From positions 160,001 to 224,000 of the forward strand of contig CAWCNY010000004.1 in the NCBI GenBank assembly GCA_963797095.1: 64,000 bases of DNA, written 5' to 3'. Under the pieces are notes generated by a model, which was given only the letters and a program-made list of their open reading frames with translations, searched no databases and was not told the DNA's origin. Shown here piece after piece: positions 18,659 through 28,634 of this stretch. The stretch is from an uncultured Chloroflexia bacterium. Its GTDB lineage: Bacteria; Chloroflexota; Chloroflexia; QHBQ01; JADMIH01. The position numbers were made by a program, and so were the translations under genes. The first letter of the stretch is position 1, and each line of letters starts with the position of its first letter.

Positions 18659-19966
18659 TTAGCGGCCCACACCCGCGTAGTTAAAACCATATTTGCGCAC
18701 TTCTTCGGGGTCGTAGATATTTCGACCATCTACCAACACATCGCCCCGCATTAGCTCCTTCAAACGCTCCATATCCAGTTGCTTGAACTCATTCCAGGCG
18801 GTTACGAGAACCAGCGCATCCGTATTGGCTGCTGCCTCGTAGGCGTCCTCGCAATAGATAACATTATCAAGATAGGTTTGTGAGGCCTCGGTTGCGACGG
18901 GGTCGAACGCCTGGACTTCTGCGCCCAACTGCTGTAGGCCGCGAATGATGTCTATCGCAGGGCTTTCGCGCATATCATCTGTGTCCGGCTTGAAAGATAG
19001 GCCAAGTACTCCCACCCGTTTGCCGTGCAGGTCGCCACCCAGCATCCGGGCAACCTTTCTGGTAAAGAAATGGCGCGCGTTTTTGTTGACCTCAAGCACC
19101 GAGTTGAGTATATATGGACGTGTCTGCACCTTCTCCGCCATATGGGCTAACGCCTTGACGTCCTTAGGGAAGCAGCTCCCGCCGAAACCAACCCCTGCCT
19201 GTAAGAACTGTGCGTTGATTCGCTTGTCATATCCCATTCCCCGGACTACTTCCTTCACATCTGCGCCAAGCCTCTCGCAGATAAGGGCAATCTCATTGAT
19301 GAATGAAATATACGTAGCCAAAATGGCATTGGAGGCGTACTTGACCATTTCGGCGGTGCGGAGATCGGTTACCATAACGGGCGCGTTCAGAGGCTCGTAT
19401 AGCTCTGCGACTTCTTCTCCGGCCCAACGTTCTTCGGAGCCGAGCACGACCCGGTCGGGGTGGAGAAAGTCGAGGAGGGCCTGGCCTTCGCGCAAAAACT
19501 CCGGGTTGGAGACAACCGCAGACTTGAAGTCAGGAGGGCATTCCTGTTTGATAAGTTTACCAACCAGGTCGCCGGTGCCAATCGGTACTGTACTTTTGTT
19601 GACGATGATCAAGGGCTGTTCGCTCCTGCCCGGAGCCCACTTGCCGATAGCAGCTGCCGCCTGTTCAACGTAGCGCATGTCGGCGGAGCCATCCTCCGAC
19701 TCGGGAGTTCCAACTGCTATGAAGACTACCTTGGCGCCGGTAAGCGCTTCATTGTAATCAGTCGTGAAATGAAGCCTTCCCGCCTTCAGGTTTCTGAGAA
19801 TTACTTCTTCCAGCCCAGGCTCATAAATTGGGGAGATGCCTTGCTTCAGCTTGTCGACTTTCTCCTGGATCACGTCGACGCACACCACATCGTTGCCGAG
19901 ATCGGCAAAACAGGTGCCAGTCACAAGGCCAACATAGCCTGTACCAATAACTGCAATCTTACTCAA
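18659..19966 (-). CDS. ugd: UDP-glucose/GDP-mannose 6-dehydrogenase
   Basis: GTGYVGL, KSTVPIGT, NPEFLREG and GFGGSCFPKD. Confidence 0.93.
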   Translation of the reverse strand: MSKIAVIGTGYVGLVTGTCFADLGNDVVCVDVIQEKVDKLKQGISPIYEPGLEEVILRNLKAGRLHFTTDYNEALTGAKVVFIAVGTPESEDGSADMRYVEQAAAAIGKWAPGRSEQPLIIVNKSTVPIGTGDLVGKLIKQECPPDFKSAVVSNPEFLREGQALLDFLHPDRVVLGSEERWAGEEVAELYEPLNAPVMVTDLRTAEMVKYASNAILATYISFINEIALICERLGADVKEVVRGMGYDKRINAQFLQAGVGFGGSCFPKDVKALAHMAEKVQTRPYILNSVLEVNKNARHFFTRKVARMLGGDLHGKRVGVLGLSFKPDTDDMRESPAIDIIRGLQQLGAEVQAFDPVATEASQTYLDNVIYCEDAYEAAANTDALVLVTAWNEFKQLDMERLKELMRGDVLVDGRNIYDPEEVRKYGFNYAGVGR

Positions 19967-20014
19967 GAATGGTCCCTCCTCTAAGACTCTCGATATGGAT
20001 GTGTTTGTTTTTAA

Positions 20015-21376
20015 CTATCGCGCCAGCAGTGATATATCTGTTATGCCGCTCTCGAATCCAGCGCCGGTGCCATAGATCTCGATACTGTTGATAACCGCTA
20101 CATCGGGATTCCGGGCCTGAGACTTCAACAGGAAGAGATCGCTGTTGAGTTGAGCGAGCTCTTGCGCGCCTTGCGCCACGGCAAGGCTTTGTCGCAGGTC
20201 ACTAATCTCCCCGGTGGTTTCCCATTTGCCAATGGGGACGCGCACCCTGGTCGTATCTGAGAGATCTTCGGGGTTGGTGCCGATATAGAAGGATCGCTTC
20301 CACTCGTGGAGTTGTCCTTCGGAATCGTGGTACAGAACTCTCACTGTAAGAGGAAAGGAATCTCCAACCGGCCCTTGCGTCGGGCCTTGCTGGCTCACAA
20401 CCTTTAGTGTAGCACTCAATTCTATTGTATTGTAAAACTCAACCGACTTGTTAATGTCCTGCTTGAACCCAACACGCGGCAGCTGATCTCTGCTTCCTGA
20501 ATAGAGGATGCGCGCCACGCGCAGGTTTAACTCGTCCGTAATTGTAACGCTTCCGGCTGGGATCGGTGGCGATCCTTCGTCACTGATGGGTAGCCATCCT
20601 GCAACACCCAGGCCACCTTCAGCGACGGTTTCGCCCGAACTGGTCGGCCCATCAACAAAGTTACCGTTTTCAACGAGGTCTGTTTCGGCGGTAATAGGTC
20701 CTTGTGGTCCATCGATCTGGCTCACCCAGGCCATTTGTTGCGGACCAAGTTCGATCCTCTGGCCCTGGGAGCGGAAGGTCGCATGACCCTTGTCAACGAC
20801 TACTTGAGTGAGCCTGCTGTCGCCTTCGTCGATCGTGAAATGCACTTTGGAGCTCGGGTCGACAGCGGTCTCTGCTTGATCTGTGGCGACTATATATTGA
20901 GAGGAGGATTCTTCAATTGGGCTTCGTGCAACGAGTATCGAGCCACGATCCAGCTTGATCTTGATATCCTGGGCGTGACCGAAGAACTCGTTCGTGTGCA
21001 GCGTATCGAGCGTCAACTGAGTGCTGAACGAGAAGCTGAGAGTGCTTTCATCAAAGAGCCGTATGAATCCCCGGCCATTTTCGTCAGAGATCACTGTGTC
21101 CCCCTCCTGGAGGGTGGTCGGACCTGAGATTTGTTCAGGGTTTATCGTGCCGTGGCGAAGCACTGCCAGCTTGAGGCCAGTATAGGGTTCCAGGCTGGCG
21201 GTTTTAGCGACGGTAACTGAGCCAAGAAAGGCTGCTACACCGTAGGAAGTGAGGACACAAAGTGCCACAAAAGCAAACAAGCAGATGGCAAGAACCAACC
21301 AGACTTGTCTGCTTCGTTCCACAATGGCGCTTCCCAAATGAGCCGCATCCTGCCCGGCGCGGACCTCGCTTGCCAC
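20015..21376 (-). CDS. membrane-anchored FecR-like-domain protein
   Basis: N-terminal TM, then a LQEGDTVI...FDES...LDRG FecR-like beta region and an LVENGNF carbohydrate-binding-like C-terminal domain. Confidence 0.6.
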   Translation of the reverse strand: MASEVRAGQDAAHLGSAIVERSRQVWLVLAICLFAFVALCVLTSYGVAAFLGSVTVAKTASLEPYTGLKLAVLRHGTINPEQISGPTTLQEGDTVISDENGRGFIRLFDESTLSFSFSTQLTLDTLHTNEFFGHAQDIKIKLDRGSILVARSPIEESSSQYIVATDQAETAVDPSSKVHFTIDEGDSRLTQVVVDKGHATFRSQGQRIELGPQQMAWVSQIDGPQGPITAETDLVENGNFVDGPTSSGETVAEGGLGVAGWLPISDEGSPPIPAGSVTITDELNLRVARILYSGSRDQLPRVGFKQDINKSVEFYNTIELSATLKVVSQQGPTQGPVGDSFPLTVRVLYHDSEGQLHEWKRSFYIGTNPEDLSDTTRVRVPIGKWETTGEISDLRQSLAVAQGAQELAQLNSDLFLLKSQARNPDVAVINSIEIYGTGAGFESGITDISLLAR

Positions 21377-21684
21377 TAGTGTCTTACCTCGAAATGAGTG
21401 CCCAATCCCCGAGATTCACCTTCGGTCCACTCAGTGTCTATCGACGTGACGTGAGCCCCTGCGGGTCCGGTCCAAATCTCCTCAAGCAAGCTTTCCAGCT
21501 TTGGGCGAGATCCCGCGGCGACCACTTGCACTGTGCCGTCAGGCATGTTTTGAACGAATCCACGCACTTCTAGGTCCCAAGCATGACTGCGGATGAAAAC
21601 GCGGAATCCAACACCCTGAACGTATCCACGAATAACCGCCCGCAGAGTCTGAGTGCGGTCGGGGTACTGATTCTGTTCACTCAT
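21376..21684 (-). CDS. acyP: acylphosphatase
   Basis: GYVQGVGFR, GFVQNMPDGTV and GPAGAHV. Confidence 0.95.
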   Translation of the reverse strand: MSEQNQYPDRTQTLRAVIRGYVQGVGFRVFIRSHAWDLEVRGFVQNMPDGTVQVVAAGSRPKLESLLEEIWTGPAGAHVTSIDTEWTEGESRGLGTHFEVRH

Positions 21685-21729
21685 AAAGCGTAGTCAGCCT
21701 CGCTTCGATTGTCCTTCACTCTGTCCCTT

Positions 21730-21758
21730 ATTGTACCTACGCAACATGGTTGCGTCAA
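21730..21758 (-). promoter_or_regulatory. sigma70 promoter of the acyP...pdp operon with an internal palindrome
   Basis: Minus strand TTGACG-17-TACAAT; palindrome ACGCAAC-atg-GTTGCGT at 21739-21755. Confidence 0.65.
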
Positions 21759-21958
21759 ACAGCGAATTGCGCGGGTGCGAGATGGCAAACATAACACGTA
21801 CCCATGTCGCTATGCAAGGTCACTGTCTTCCCAAGCTAAGCCCAGCTCCGCTCCGATTCGCCGACATATACTATATGGCAATGGCGAGACAAAACGGGAC
21901 AGGTTTTGAGGTGTACTTAAGTATGGCTCTTGAGTTATGCGTGCGCCTCGGCGAGTAT

Positions 21959-22032
21959 TTGCCTGCTTCGTGAGGCAGGGTTATAATAGGCCACGACTCT
22001 GTTCGTCACCGTGCGGACAATTTAGATTGTCC
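21959..22032 (+). promoter_or_regulatory. sigma70 promoter and downstream operator-like palindrome of the acyl-CoA ligase operon
   Basis: TTGCCT-17-TATAAT (21959-21987); GGACAAT-ttag-ATTGTCC at 22015-22032. Confidence 0.6.
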
Positions 22033-22102
22033 AGGTGCGTTGCAAAACGCGAACATTAGCTCATGGATCTCCCGATCAATACGCTCGAAGTCTAGGTAGA
22101 TT

Positions 22103-24109
22103 ATGCCTGAAGAACTCAAATATCCCTCATTTCTCGATGTACCTGATATTCCCTGTGGCCGGGACGACCCTCGCAGCCGTGACATCGCATGGAGGCCAAC
22201 TCCTGCCTATCTTGGACGGTCGCGCCTGCGTGCGTTTATGCATTCACAGGGTATCGAGCGGTTTGAGCATATGGTCAACCGGGCTGCCCGCTCGCCCGAA
22301 TGGTTCTGGGCGGCTGCTGTTAAGGACCTTGGAATTGAATTCTATGAACCGTATGAGAAGGTGATGGACACCTCAAGAGGCTGGGAGTGGACCACGTGGT
22401 TTACGAACGCCAAGTATAACTACGTTCACGACGCGCTTGACAAGAGGGCCACGGGGGACGAGCGCGACCGTACTGCGGTGATCTTTGAGGGCGAGGAAGG
22501 TGTGGTGCGCACCTACACTTACGCGCAGCTACATGCCGAAGTGTGCCGTTTCGCGAACGGTCTGCAATCGTTGGGGGTGATGGAAGGCGACAGGGTTGGC
22601 CTGTTTATGCCGTTTACGCCGGAAGTGGCAATCGCCATGCTCGCGTGCGGCAAGATTGGCGCGATCTTCATCCCGATCTTTTCGGGGTACGCCGCGCCTT
22701 CGGTCGCCTCGCGCCTTTCGGATTGCTCGGCCAAAATACTGGTAACCGCGGATGGCTTCACACGCAGGGGCAAGCCGGTGGCAATGAAGGAAGTGGCGGA
22801 CGCCGCTGCCGATGCGGCCCCTAGCGTGGAGAAGGTTATAGTGCACCGGAGGGTGGGACGTGATGTGCCGTGGAACGGTGAGCGCGACGTGTGGTGGCAT
22901 GATTTGATTGAGGGGCAGAGCGCGGAATGCGAGAGCGTGAGGACCGACGCAGAGCAGTTGTACATGATCATATACACGTCCGGTACGACGGGGAAGCCGA
23001 AGGGCGCGCAGCATGTGCATTGTGGGTTCCCGATCAAGGGCGCGCAGGACATGGCACACTGCTTCGACGTTCAGCCCGGCGACATAATGTTCTGGTACAC
23101 AGATATTGGCTGGATGATGGGGCCGTGGGCGATCAGTGGCGCTCTGATGTTGGGGGCAACGCTATTCATGTACGATGGGACGCCCGATTTTCCGGGGCCC
23201 GACCGCGTTTGGGATATGATCGAGCGGCATGGGATCACGCACCTCGGCATCTCGCCAACCGCGATCCGAGCGTTGATGGGCCACGGAACTGAGTGGGTTG
23301 ACAAGCATAACCTTTCGTCTCTTTATGTGCTCGGCTCGACGGGAGAGCCATGGAATCCCGACCCCTGGTGGTGGTATTTCAAGAAGGTGGGCGGCGGGAA
23401 GTGCCCGATTATCAACTACTCCGGCGGAACCGAGATTTCGGGCGGTATCCTCTGCTGCAATCCGCTGCTCCCTATTAAGCCCTCGTCGTTCAATGCGCCT
23501 GTGCCTGGGATGGCGGCAGATGTAGTCGATGATGAGGGGAAGCCGGTCCGTGGGGCGGTCGGCGAACTGGCAATCAGAGGACCCTGGCCTGGCATGACGC
23601 GGGGGTTCTGGGGCGACCCACAGAGGTATGTTGATACATATTTCTCACGCGTGCCGGGAGTGTGGATACACGGAGATTGGGCGCAGGTCGACGAGGATGG
23701 GTACTGGTATATCCTGGGGCGCTCGGACGATACGATCAAGGTGGCGGGCAAGCGGCTCGGTCCCGCGGAAGTGGAGTCGGCGGCTGTGAGCCACCCATCA
23801 GTTAGCGAGGCGGCGGCAATAGGCGTCCCGGACGAACTGAAGGGAGAGTCGGTGGTGGTGTTCGCGGTCTTACGCAAGAACGTTGAGGCTTCGGACACCT
23901 TGCGCGTCGGGATCGTGGACGCCATCGTGGGGCAGCTAGGCAAAAGTCTCGCGCCGAATAAGGTGCTATTTGTTAGCGACCTGCCCAAGACGCGCAACGC
24001 CAAGATCATGCGGAGGGTAATTCGCGCGCGCTACTTGGGAGAGCCTCTGGGCGACATCACGTCGCTGGAGAACCCGGCGGCAGTCGAAGAGATAGGGAAG
24101 GCACAGTAA
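22103..24109 (+). CDS. acetate/short-chain acyl-CoA ligase (AMP-forming)
   Basis: YTSGTTGKPKG, DIGWMMG, GRSDD and PKTRNAKIMRR. Confidence 0.9.
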   Translation: MPEELKYPSFLDVPDIPCGRDDPRSRDIAWRPTPAYLGRSRLRAFMHSQGIERFEHMVNRAARSPEWFWAAAVKDLGIEFYEPYEKVMDTSRGWEWTTWFTNAKYNYVHDALDKRATGDERDRTAVIFEGEEGVVRTYTYAQLHAEVCRFANGLQSLGVMEGDRVGLFMPFTPEVAIAMLACGKIGAIFIPIFSGYAAPSVASRLSDCSAKILVTADGFTRRGKPVAMKEVADAAADAAPSVEKVIVHRRVGRDVPWNGERDVWWHDLIEGQSAECESVRTDAEQLYMIIYTSGTTGKPKGAQHVHCGFPIKGAQDMAHCFDVQPGDIMFWYTDIGWMMGPWAISGALMLGATLFMYDGTPDFPGPDRVWDMIERHGITHLGISPTAIRALMGHGTEWVDKHNLSSLYVLGSTGEPWNPDPWWWYFKKVGGGKCPIINYSGGTEISGGILCCNPLLPIKPSSFNAPVPGMAADVVDDEGKPVRGAVGELAIRGPWPGMTRGFWGDPQRYVDTYFSRVPGVWIHGDWAQVDEDGYWYILGRSDDTIKVAGKRLGPAEVESAAVSHPSVSEAAAIGVPDELKGESVVVFAVLRKNVEASDTLRVGIVDAIVGQLGKSLAPNKVLFVSDLPKTRNAKIMRRVIRARYLGEPLGDITSLENPAAVEEIGKAQ

Positions 24110-25029
24110 TGCGTTTGGTCACATTTGCCCGAAAGAATGCTATCGAGGCAGGGACTCCCGTCATCCTGCAAGTGGGGATCGTGCGTGGTGATGATATTGT
24201 CAGCATCAGGACAGCAGCACCGATTGGAATGATAGGCGTTATTGAGGCTCTTATCAGCGAGGAGGGTAGAGAATGGCGTGCACTTGCTGAGAGCACGGTA
24301 CTGACCGACGCTACGGAAGTGACCCCTATTGCGGACGCATTACTATATGCGCCTATAGCGCGCCCTATGAAGAATGTGATGTGCCTGGGGCGCAATTATG
24401 CCGAGCATGCCGCCGAATCGAGGCGGGCCTTCGGGGAGGCTGCGCCCATAGACAAGCCGGACTATCCGGCTGTTTTCACCAAGGCAACTACGTCGGTGAC
24501 GGGGCCCTATGCCGACATTCCATATGATCCAAGTGTGAGCACACAGATAGACTGGGAAGGTGAGCTTGCCATAGTGATCGGGAGGGGAGGCAAGAACATC
24601 CGGCGGGAAGACGCCATGCAGCACATCTTCGGATATACGATAGTGAATGATATTTCGGCCCGCGACATTCAAAAGCGGCACGGAGGGCAGTATTTCAAGG
24701 GTAAGAGCCTGGATGGGGCTTGCCCAACGGGTCCCTGGATAGTTACAGCTGATGAGATCGCAGACCCGAACGAGCTCGAAATCACAGTACGCGTAAATGG
24801 CGTAGTTAAGCAGCACGACAACACGCGCTCAATGTTGTTCGACATACAGGAGATCATAGAGCATTTGTCGGTGGGCATGACGCTCGAACCTGGAGACATT
24901 ATCGCCACAGGCACACCTGGAGGAGTGGGGCACGCTCGCACCCCGCCTGAATACCTTCAGCCGGGGGATGTGGTAGAGGTAGAAATAGAGAAGATAGGCA
25001 CAATAAAGAACTGCATAATAGAGGCATAG
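24109..25029 (+). CDS. fumarylacetoacetate hydrolase family protein
   Basis: GRNYAEH, DWEGEL, NDISARD, GKSLDG and TGTPGGVG. Confidence 0.93.
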   Translation: MRLVTFARKNAIEAGTPVILQVGIVRGDDIVSIRTAAPIGMIGVIEALISEEGREWRALAESTVLTDATEVTPIADALLYAPIARPMKNVMCLGRNYAEHAAESRRAFGEAAPIDKPDYPAVFTKATTSVTGPYADIPYDPSVSTQIDWEGELAIVIGRGGKNIRREDAMQHIFGYTIVNDISARDIQKRHGGQYFKGKSLDGACPTGPWIVTADEIADPNELEITVRVNGVVKQHDNTRSMLFDIQEIIEHLSVGMTLEPGDIIATGTPGGVGHARTPPEYLQPGDVVEVEIEKIGTIKNCIIEA

Positions 25030-25031
25030 AG

Positions 25032-25556
25032 ATGCCAATAGAAAGAGATGTTTTTCGCAGGGTGATGGGTTCGTTTGCCAGCGGAGTTACCATAGTAACG
25101 GTTGTAGGCCAGGACGGGACGCCAACGGGCTTTACGGCGAGCGCGGTTACGTCATTGTCGCTGGAACCACGGATGCTGCTGGTATGCGTGAGCGAGCACT
25201 CATCAACGCTAGTGGCCGTAAATGAGGCGGGGAACTTTGTGGTGAACATTCTGGGCGCGCACCAGCAAGCGGCCGCACAACAATTCGCCACAAGAAGAGA
25301 AGATCGCTTTGGGGGCTTCCGGTGGCACCCCGGCCCGCTTAGTGGTGCGCCTGTGCTGGATGGATCGCTGGCTTACGCCGAATGTGTCCTTCGGGATACG
25401 TGTAAAGGCGGAGATCATGTGATTCTCATGGGCGAGGTGCTTGCCGGGGATGTACACGAGGCCGAGCCGCTTCTCTATTTCAGGGGCCGCTACGGGACAT
25501 ACGAAGCGGTGGTGGCCCCGGTGGTGCACCCTGCGGATATCTGGGAAATCTGGTAG
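25032..25556 (+). CDS. flavin reductase family protein
   Basis: FASGVTIVT, SLSLEP, GGDH and PLLYFRG. Confidence 0.92.
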   Translation: MPIERDVFRRVMGSFASGVTIVTVVGQDGTPTGFTASAVTSLSLEPRMLLVCVSEHSSTLVAVNEAGNFVVNILGAHQQAAAQQFATRREDRFGGFRWHPGPLSGAPVLDGSLAYAECVLRDTCKGGDHVILMGEVLAGDVHEAEPLLYFRGRYGTYEAVVAPVVHPADIWEIW

Positions 25557-25735
25557 GTGAGCACCTGGCGGGTTTTACAGACATTTAACATTGCTCTAAC
25601 CAAAGCAGGCCCAAACTGACTTACAATGAAATTGACGGCGAACAAATAGACGCCGGAATAACCGGGCGCTAAGCCTGTGGTAAATTGGTCCGGCATATAA
25701 GTGCCGTTTGAAATGAACGGAGGCATCACAAAAGA

Positions 25736-26728
25736 ATGAAAACAAGAATCATCGCAGGAATAAGCATAGTTGTGGCTACTATCGTTGCCTTGGGCGTCTT
25801 TGGGGCTGTTGTGGTTAGCGCTCAGGTGCCCACTCCCGCACCAGGCACGGCGACGCCGCCCGCAGCGGGCCAGCCTGTTAGGTTAGCGGGCAAGGTTAGC
25901 TCCGTAGCAACGGGCAGCCTTGTGCTGAATACGCGGGGTGGAGATATTACCGTCAATGTAGGAGCCAACACCTTCATTGTGATCAAGCAAAACGGTACGC
26001 CGGCGCAGGGTACGTTAGCCGATCTCACAACCGACAAGGCAACAGTGGTAGTAGGCGTGGCGACAAGCGATCCCATAGTGGTCGACGCTCGAATGATCAC
26101 ACAGGGGGCGCTGACCAATGGCGCTGTCGCCAGATTCCTGGCTAACCATCCGAAGGTACGAGCAGCTATAGAGCACATAGCAGCAGGCACTATCACTGCT
26201 ATCAACGGGAACACAATTACCTTGCAAGGGGTGAAAGTGCCCAGCGTAACAGTACAGACGAGCGACAATACTGTGGTGCTGAACAATGGGTTCACCGCTG
26301 TTAGCTCATTGAAGGTGGGCGACAAGGTGACGGTACTGGGCGCTTCGGCGGGACCGGCAGCCAACACTCCTCCCGGGCGGGGCGCTAGAGCACAGGTGCC
26401 TCAGAGCCGCACTATCAACGCCTGGGGTCTGCATGTCGACAATGGCACCACTCAGGTGTCAGCGGCGCGGGTTGACACGGTGAACGGTGACACGCTTAGC
26501 GTCAAGACTTTGAAGAACCGAGATGGCGCGACGATCCAACTCGACGGAAATACCGAATACAGGTCACTTACTGTCTCGGTGGCAAATCGCAACGCCAGCC
26601 TGGCACAAGCTTCGCAGTCCGACATACGGGCCGGTAGCAACCTCATTGTCGAAGGCGTGGCAAGCAGCGACGGCAAGACGATCACGGCTAAAGCGGTGAT
26701 TATCCTGCCTGGCGGCAAGGCTCGATAG
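25736..26728 (+). CDS. exported protein with three OB-fold-like (DUF5666-like) repeats
   Basis: Signal peptide and PT linker; three repeats of the type GxVxxV...T.(I/Y)...L..G..V.V.G. Confidence 0.7.
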   Translation: MKTRIIAGISIVVATIVALGVFGAVVVSAQVPTPAPGTATPPAAGQPVRLAGKVSSVATGSLVLNTRGGDITVNVGANTFIVIKQNGTPAQGTLADLTTDKATVVVGVATSDPIVVDARMITQGALTNGAVARFLANHPKVRAAIEHIAAGTITAINGNTITLQGVKVPSVTVQTSDNTVVLNNGFTAVSSLKVGDKVTVLGASAGPAANTPPGRGARAQVPQSRTINAWGLHVDNGTTQVSAARVDTVNGDTLSVKTLKNRDGATIQLDGNTEYRSLTVSVANRNASLAQASQSDIRAGSNLIVEGVASSDGKTITAKAVIILPGGKAR

Positions 26729-26774
26729 ACTAGACTGAACGAGGTACACCCGAATATGGGGCGCTCAAGCATCA

Positions 26775-26813
26775 AAAATGGAGATTGGCGGACAGATCGC
26801 CAATCTCCATTTT
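26775..26813. terminator. bidirectional intrinsic terminator
   Basis: AAAATGGAGATTGGCG-N7-CGCCAATCTCCATTTT between convergent genes. Confidence 0.85.
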
Positions 26814-26852
26814 CAGTACCGGATTATGTGCTTGCAAGCAGCTTGGGCATGA

Positions 26853-27653
26853 TTATGGGTTGGCAAACTGACCCACGGCAATCACGTCGGTTGGGGTATC
26901 GACGCCCGGTGCGTCCTCGATGCTGACGGCAAATCCAGCATAAGTGCTGACATTTTGCGGGGTGGGCGTTTGGTAACGCGTTTGGCCTGCATTGGCAGCA
27001 GCGAACGTTCCGGAGGGGATCGGGTTACCTGCTGTTGGCACGATCCAGAACTCGAAGACCTTGCCCGTGGGTATGTTTGGGAGGCCGTCAGCCAGCAGCA
27101 CTGCGTCGTTGCGATCAGGATTGTACAAAACGAAGATGTTAGCTTGAGTTGTGCCCTGGGGCGCAAGTTGCACTACTTTGTAGCCTTCTGGGATGCCGGC
27201 GGGGCCGCGACCAAAGAAGGCCCAGAGACCCACAACAAGGATGAGCGCAGCCGCCACCGCGCCTACAGAGGCGATCAAGATGTTGCGCCTCCGCTCACGA
27301 TAATCATCCAAAGACACAGGTGGCGTTGCGGTTGTCGCAGGGGAAGATATGGGAGTCGGCGCGCTTGCGGGTTGTAGTGCAGGTTGAATTGTGGTCGCGG
27401 GCGCGGTCTCCTGCGGAGTGGCACCAATGCGGGCCATCAAGCGGCTCTTATGACCCTGCGGAGGCTCGGCCGAGGGCGCAGAAGCGCCAAGCCAACCCAC
27501 CACCTGCTCATAGTGATGCGCGAGCAGGACATGCTGGCGGCACTCGGCCAGGTTTGCCTCAAACTCTGCCGCCTCGCCGGATTCCATCACGCCCAGCGAG
27601 TAATCGATTAGTTGTTCTTCCCAGCCATCCTCGCGGATGTTCGACGTGTCCAT
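26853..27653 (-). CDS. RskA-type anti-sigma factor
   Basis: N-terminal anti-sigma domain (DYSLG...FEANLAEC), one TM, and C-terminal FEFW...FAVSIEDAPG...PT. Confidence 0.88.
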   Translation of the reverse strand: MDTSNIREDGWEEQLIDYSLGVMESGEAAEFEANLAECRQHVLLAHHYEQVVGWLGASAPSAEPPQGHKSRLMARIGATPQETAPATTIQPALQPASAPTPISSPATTATPPVSLDDYRERRRNILIASVGAVAAALILVVGLWAFFGRGPAGIPEGYKVVQLAPQGTTQANIFVLYNPDRNDAVLLADGLPNIPTGKVFEFWIVPTAGNPIPSGTFAAANAGQTRYQTPTPQNVSTYAGFAVSIEDAPGVDTPTDVIAVGQFANP

Positions 27654-27682
27654 GATATGTGTAAGTAAAGTCCTTTAGTAAA

Positions 27683-28267
27683 TCAGTCAGTAAGCAGGCC
27701 ATACGGTTCCAGGAGGAGCCGCAAGCTCTGCATGCCAAGTCTGATGCGTGTTTTTACTGTACCTAACGGTTGGCCGAGCCTGGCAGCGATCTGGCTGTGC
27801 GACAGACCTGCGAAGTAGGCCAATTCGAGAACCTGCCGCTGATTTTGCGGTATCTGTGCGAGAGCAGCGCGCACAGCACCTTGCTGCTCCCGGGTCCATA
27901 CCTGGTCCAGGGGTAGCGGCTCAGGGGCCTGGGCCGTAGTGAGTACGTTGCCCGTGGCAGGGTCTTCCAGGGCGACTTCGGTACGCGAGCGGCGACGCAG
28001 CTCATCAATGCAGCGATGATGAACCAGGCTCAGCAACCAGCTGGCAAACTTCCCCTTTTGCGCAGAGTAGCTGGACGGTTGGGTCCAGATCTTGAGGAAT
28101 ATCTCCTGCACTACTTCTTCACAAAGAGCAGGTTCGCCCAGAATCCTCAACGCAAGACCAAAGCACTGCCTGACGTAGCGTTCGTAGAGTTCTTCGAGGG
28201 CAGCCGCATTGGCGGCTGCGATCATCACGAGTAGATGCTCGTCGGAGATCTCTTTAAGGTCTTCCAT
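27683..28267 (-). CDS. ECF sigma-70 factor (SigK-like)
   Basis: EEVVQEIFLKIW, HRCIDELRRR and LAYFAGLSHSQIA...PLGTVKTRIR. Start set to ATG 28267. Confidence 0.93.
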   Translation of the reverse strand: MEDLKEISDEHLLVMIAAANAAALEELYERYVRQCFGLALRILGEPALCEEVVQEIFLKIWTQPSSYSAQKGKFASWLLSLVHHRCIDELRRRSRTEVALEDPATGNVLTTAQAPEPLPLDQVWTREQQGAVRAALAQIPQNQRQVLELAYFAGLSHSQIAARLGQPLGTVKTRIRLGMQSLRLLLEPYGLLTD

Positions 28268-28634
28268 GCAATCAGTGGCCTTGTGTAAAGTATACGAGAT
28301 TATAGCCGAAGCGGATTTCGCGTGCAAACAAGTTTGAAGAGTGATTTTGCCGATAAAAGGAGGGCGATTCGAGGATGCCGGGTAAGAAGTAATGGAGTAT
28401 AATTAGACAGTTCTCCCCGAAGCGGCGGCTGGTTGCTAGAAAGGAGTGCCTGTTGGCTGTTCTTCTTCCTGTTGGGAGGACGGTATTAGCCAATCCTGCC
28501 TCGAAGAATTAGGACATATGTAACCCGTTTGTGCGGTTGACCACACCCCATCGTTCTTGCTAAGATGGACTATGCAGGTCCTAGCCTTTTTAGTAGCGCC
28601 AGATTGCCGTATCTAGAACCAGATCGAAACTAGA

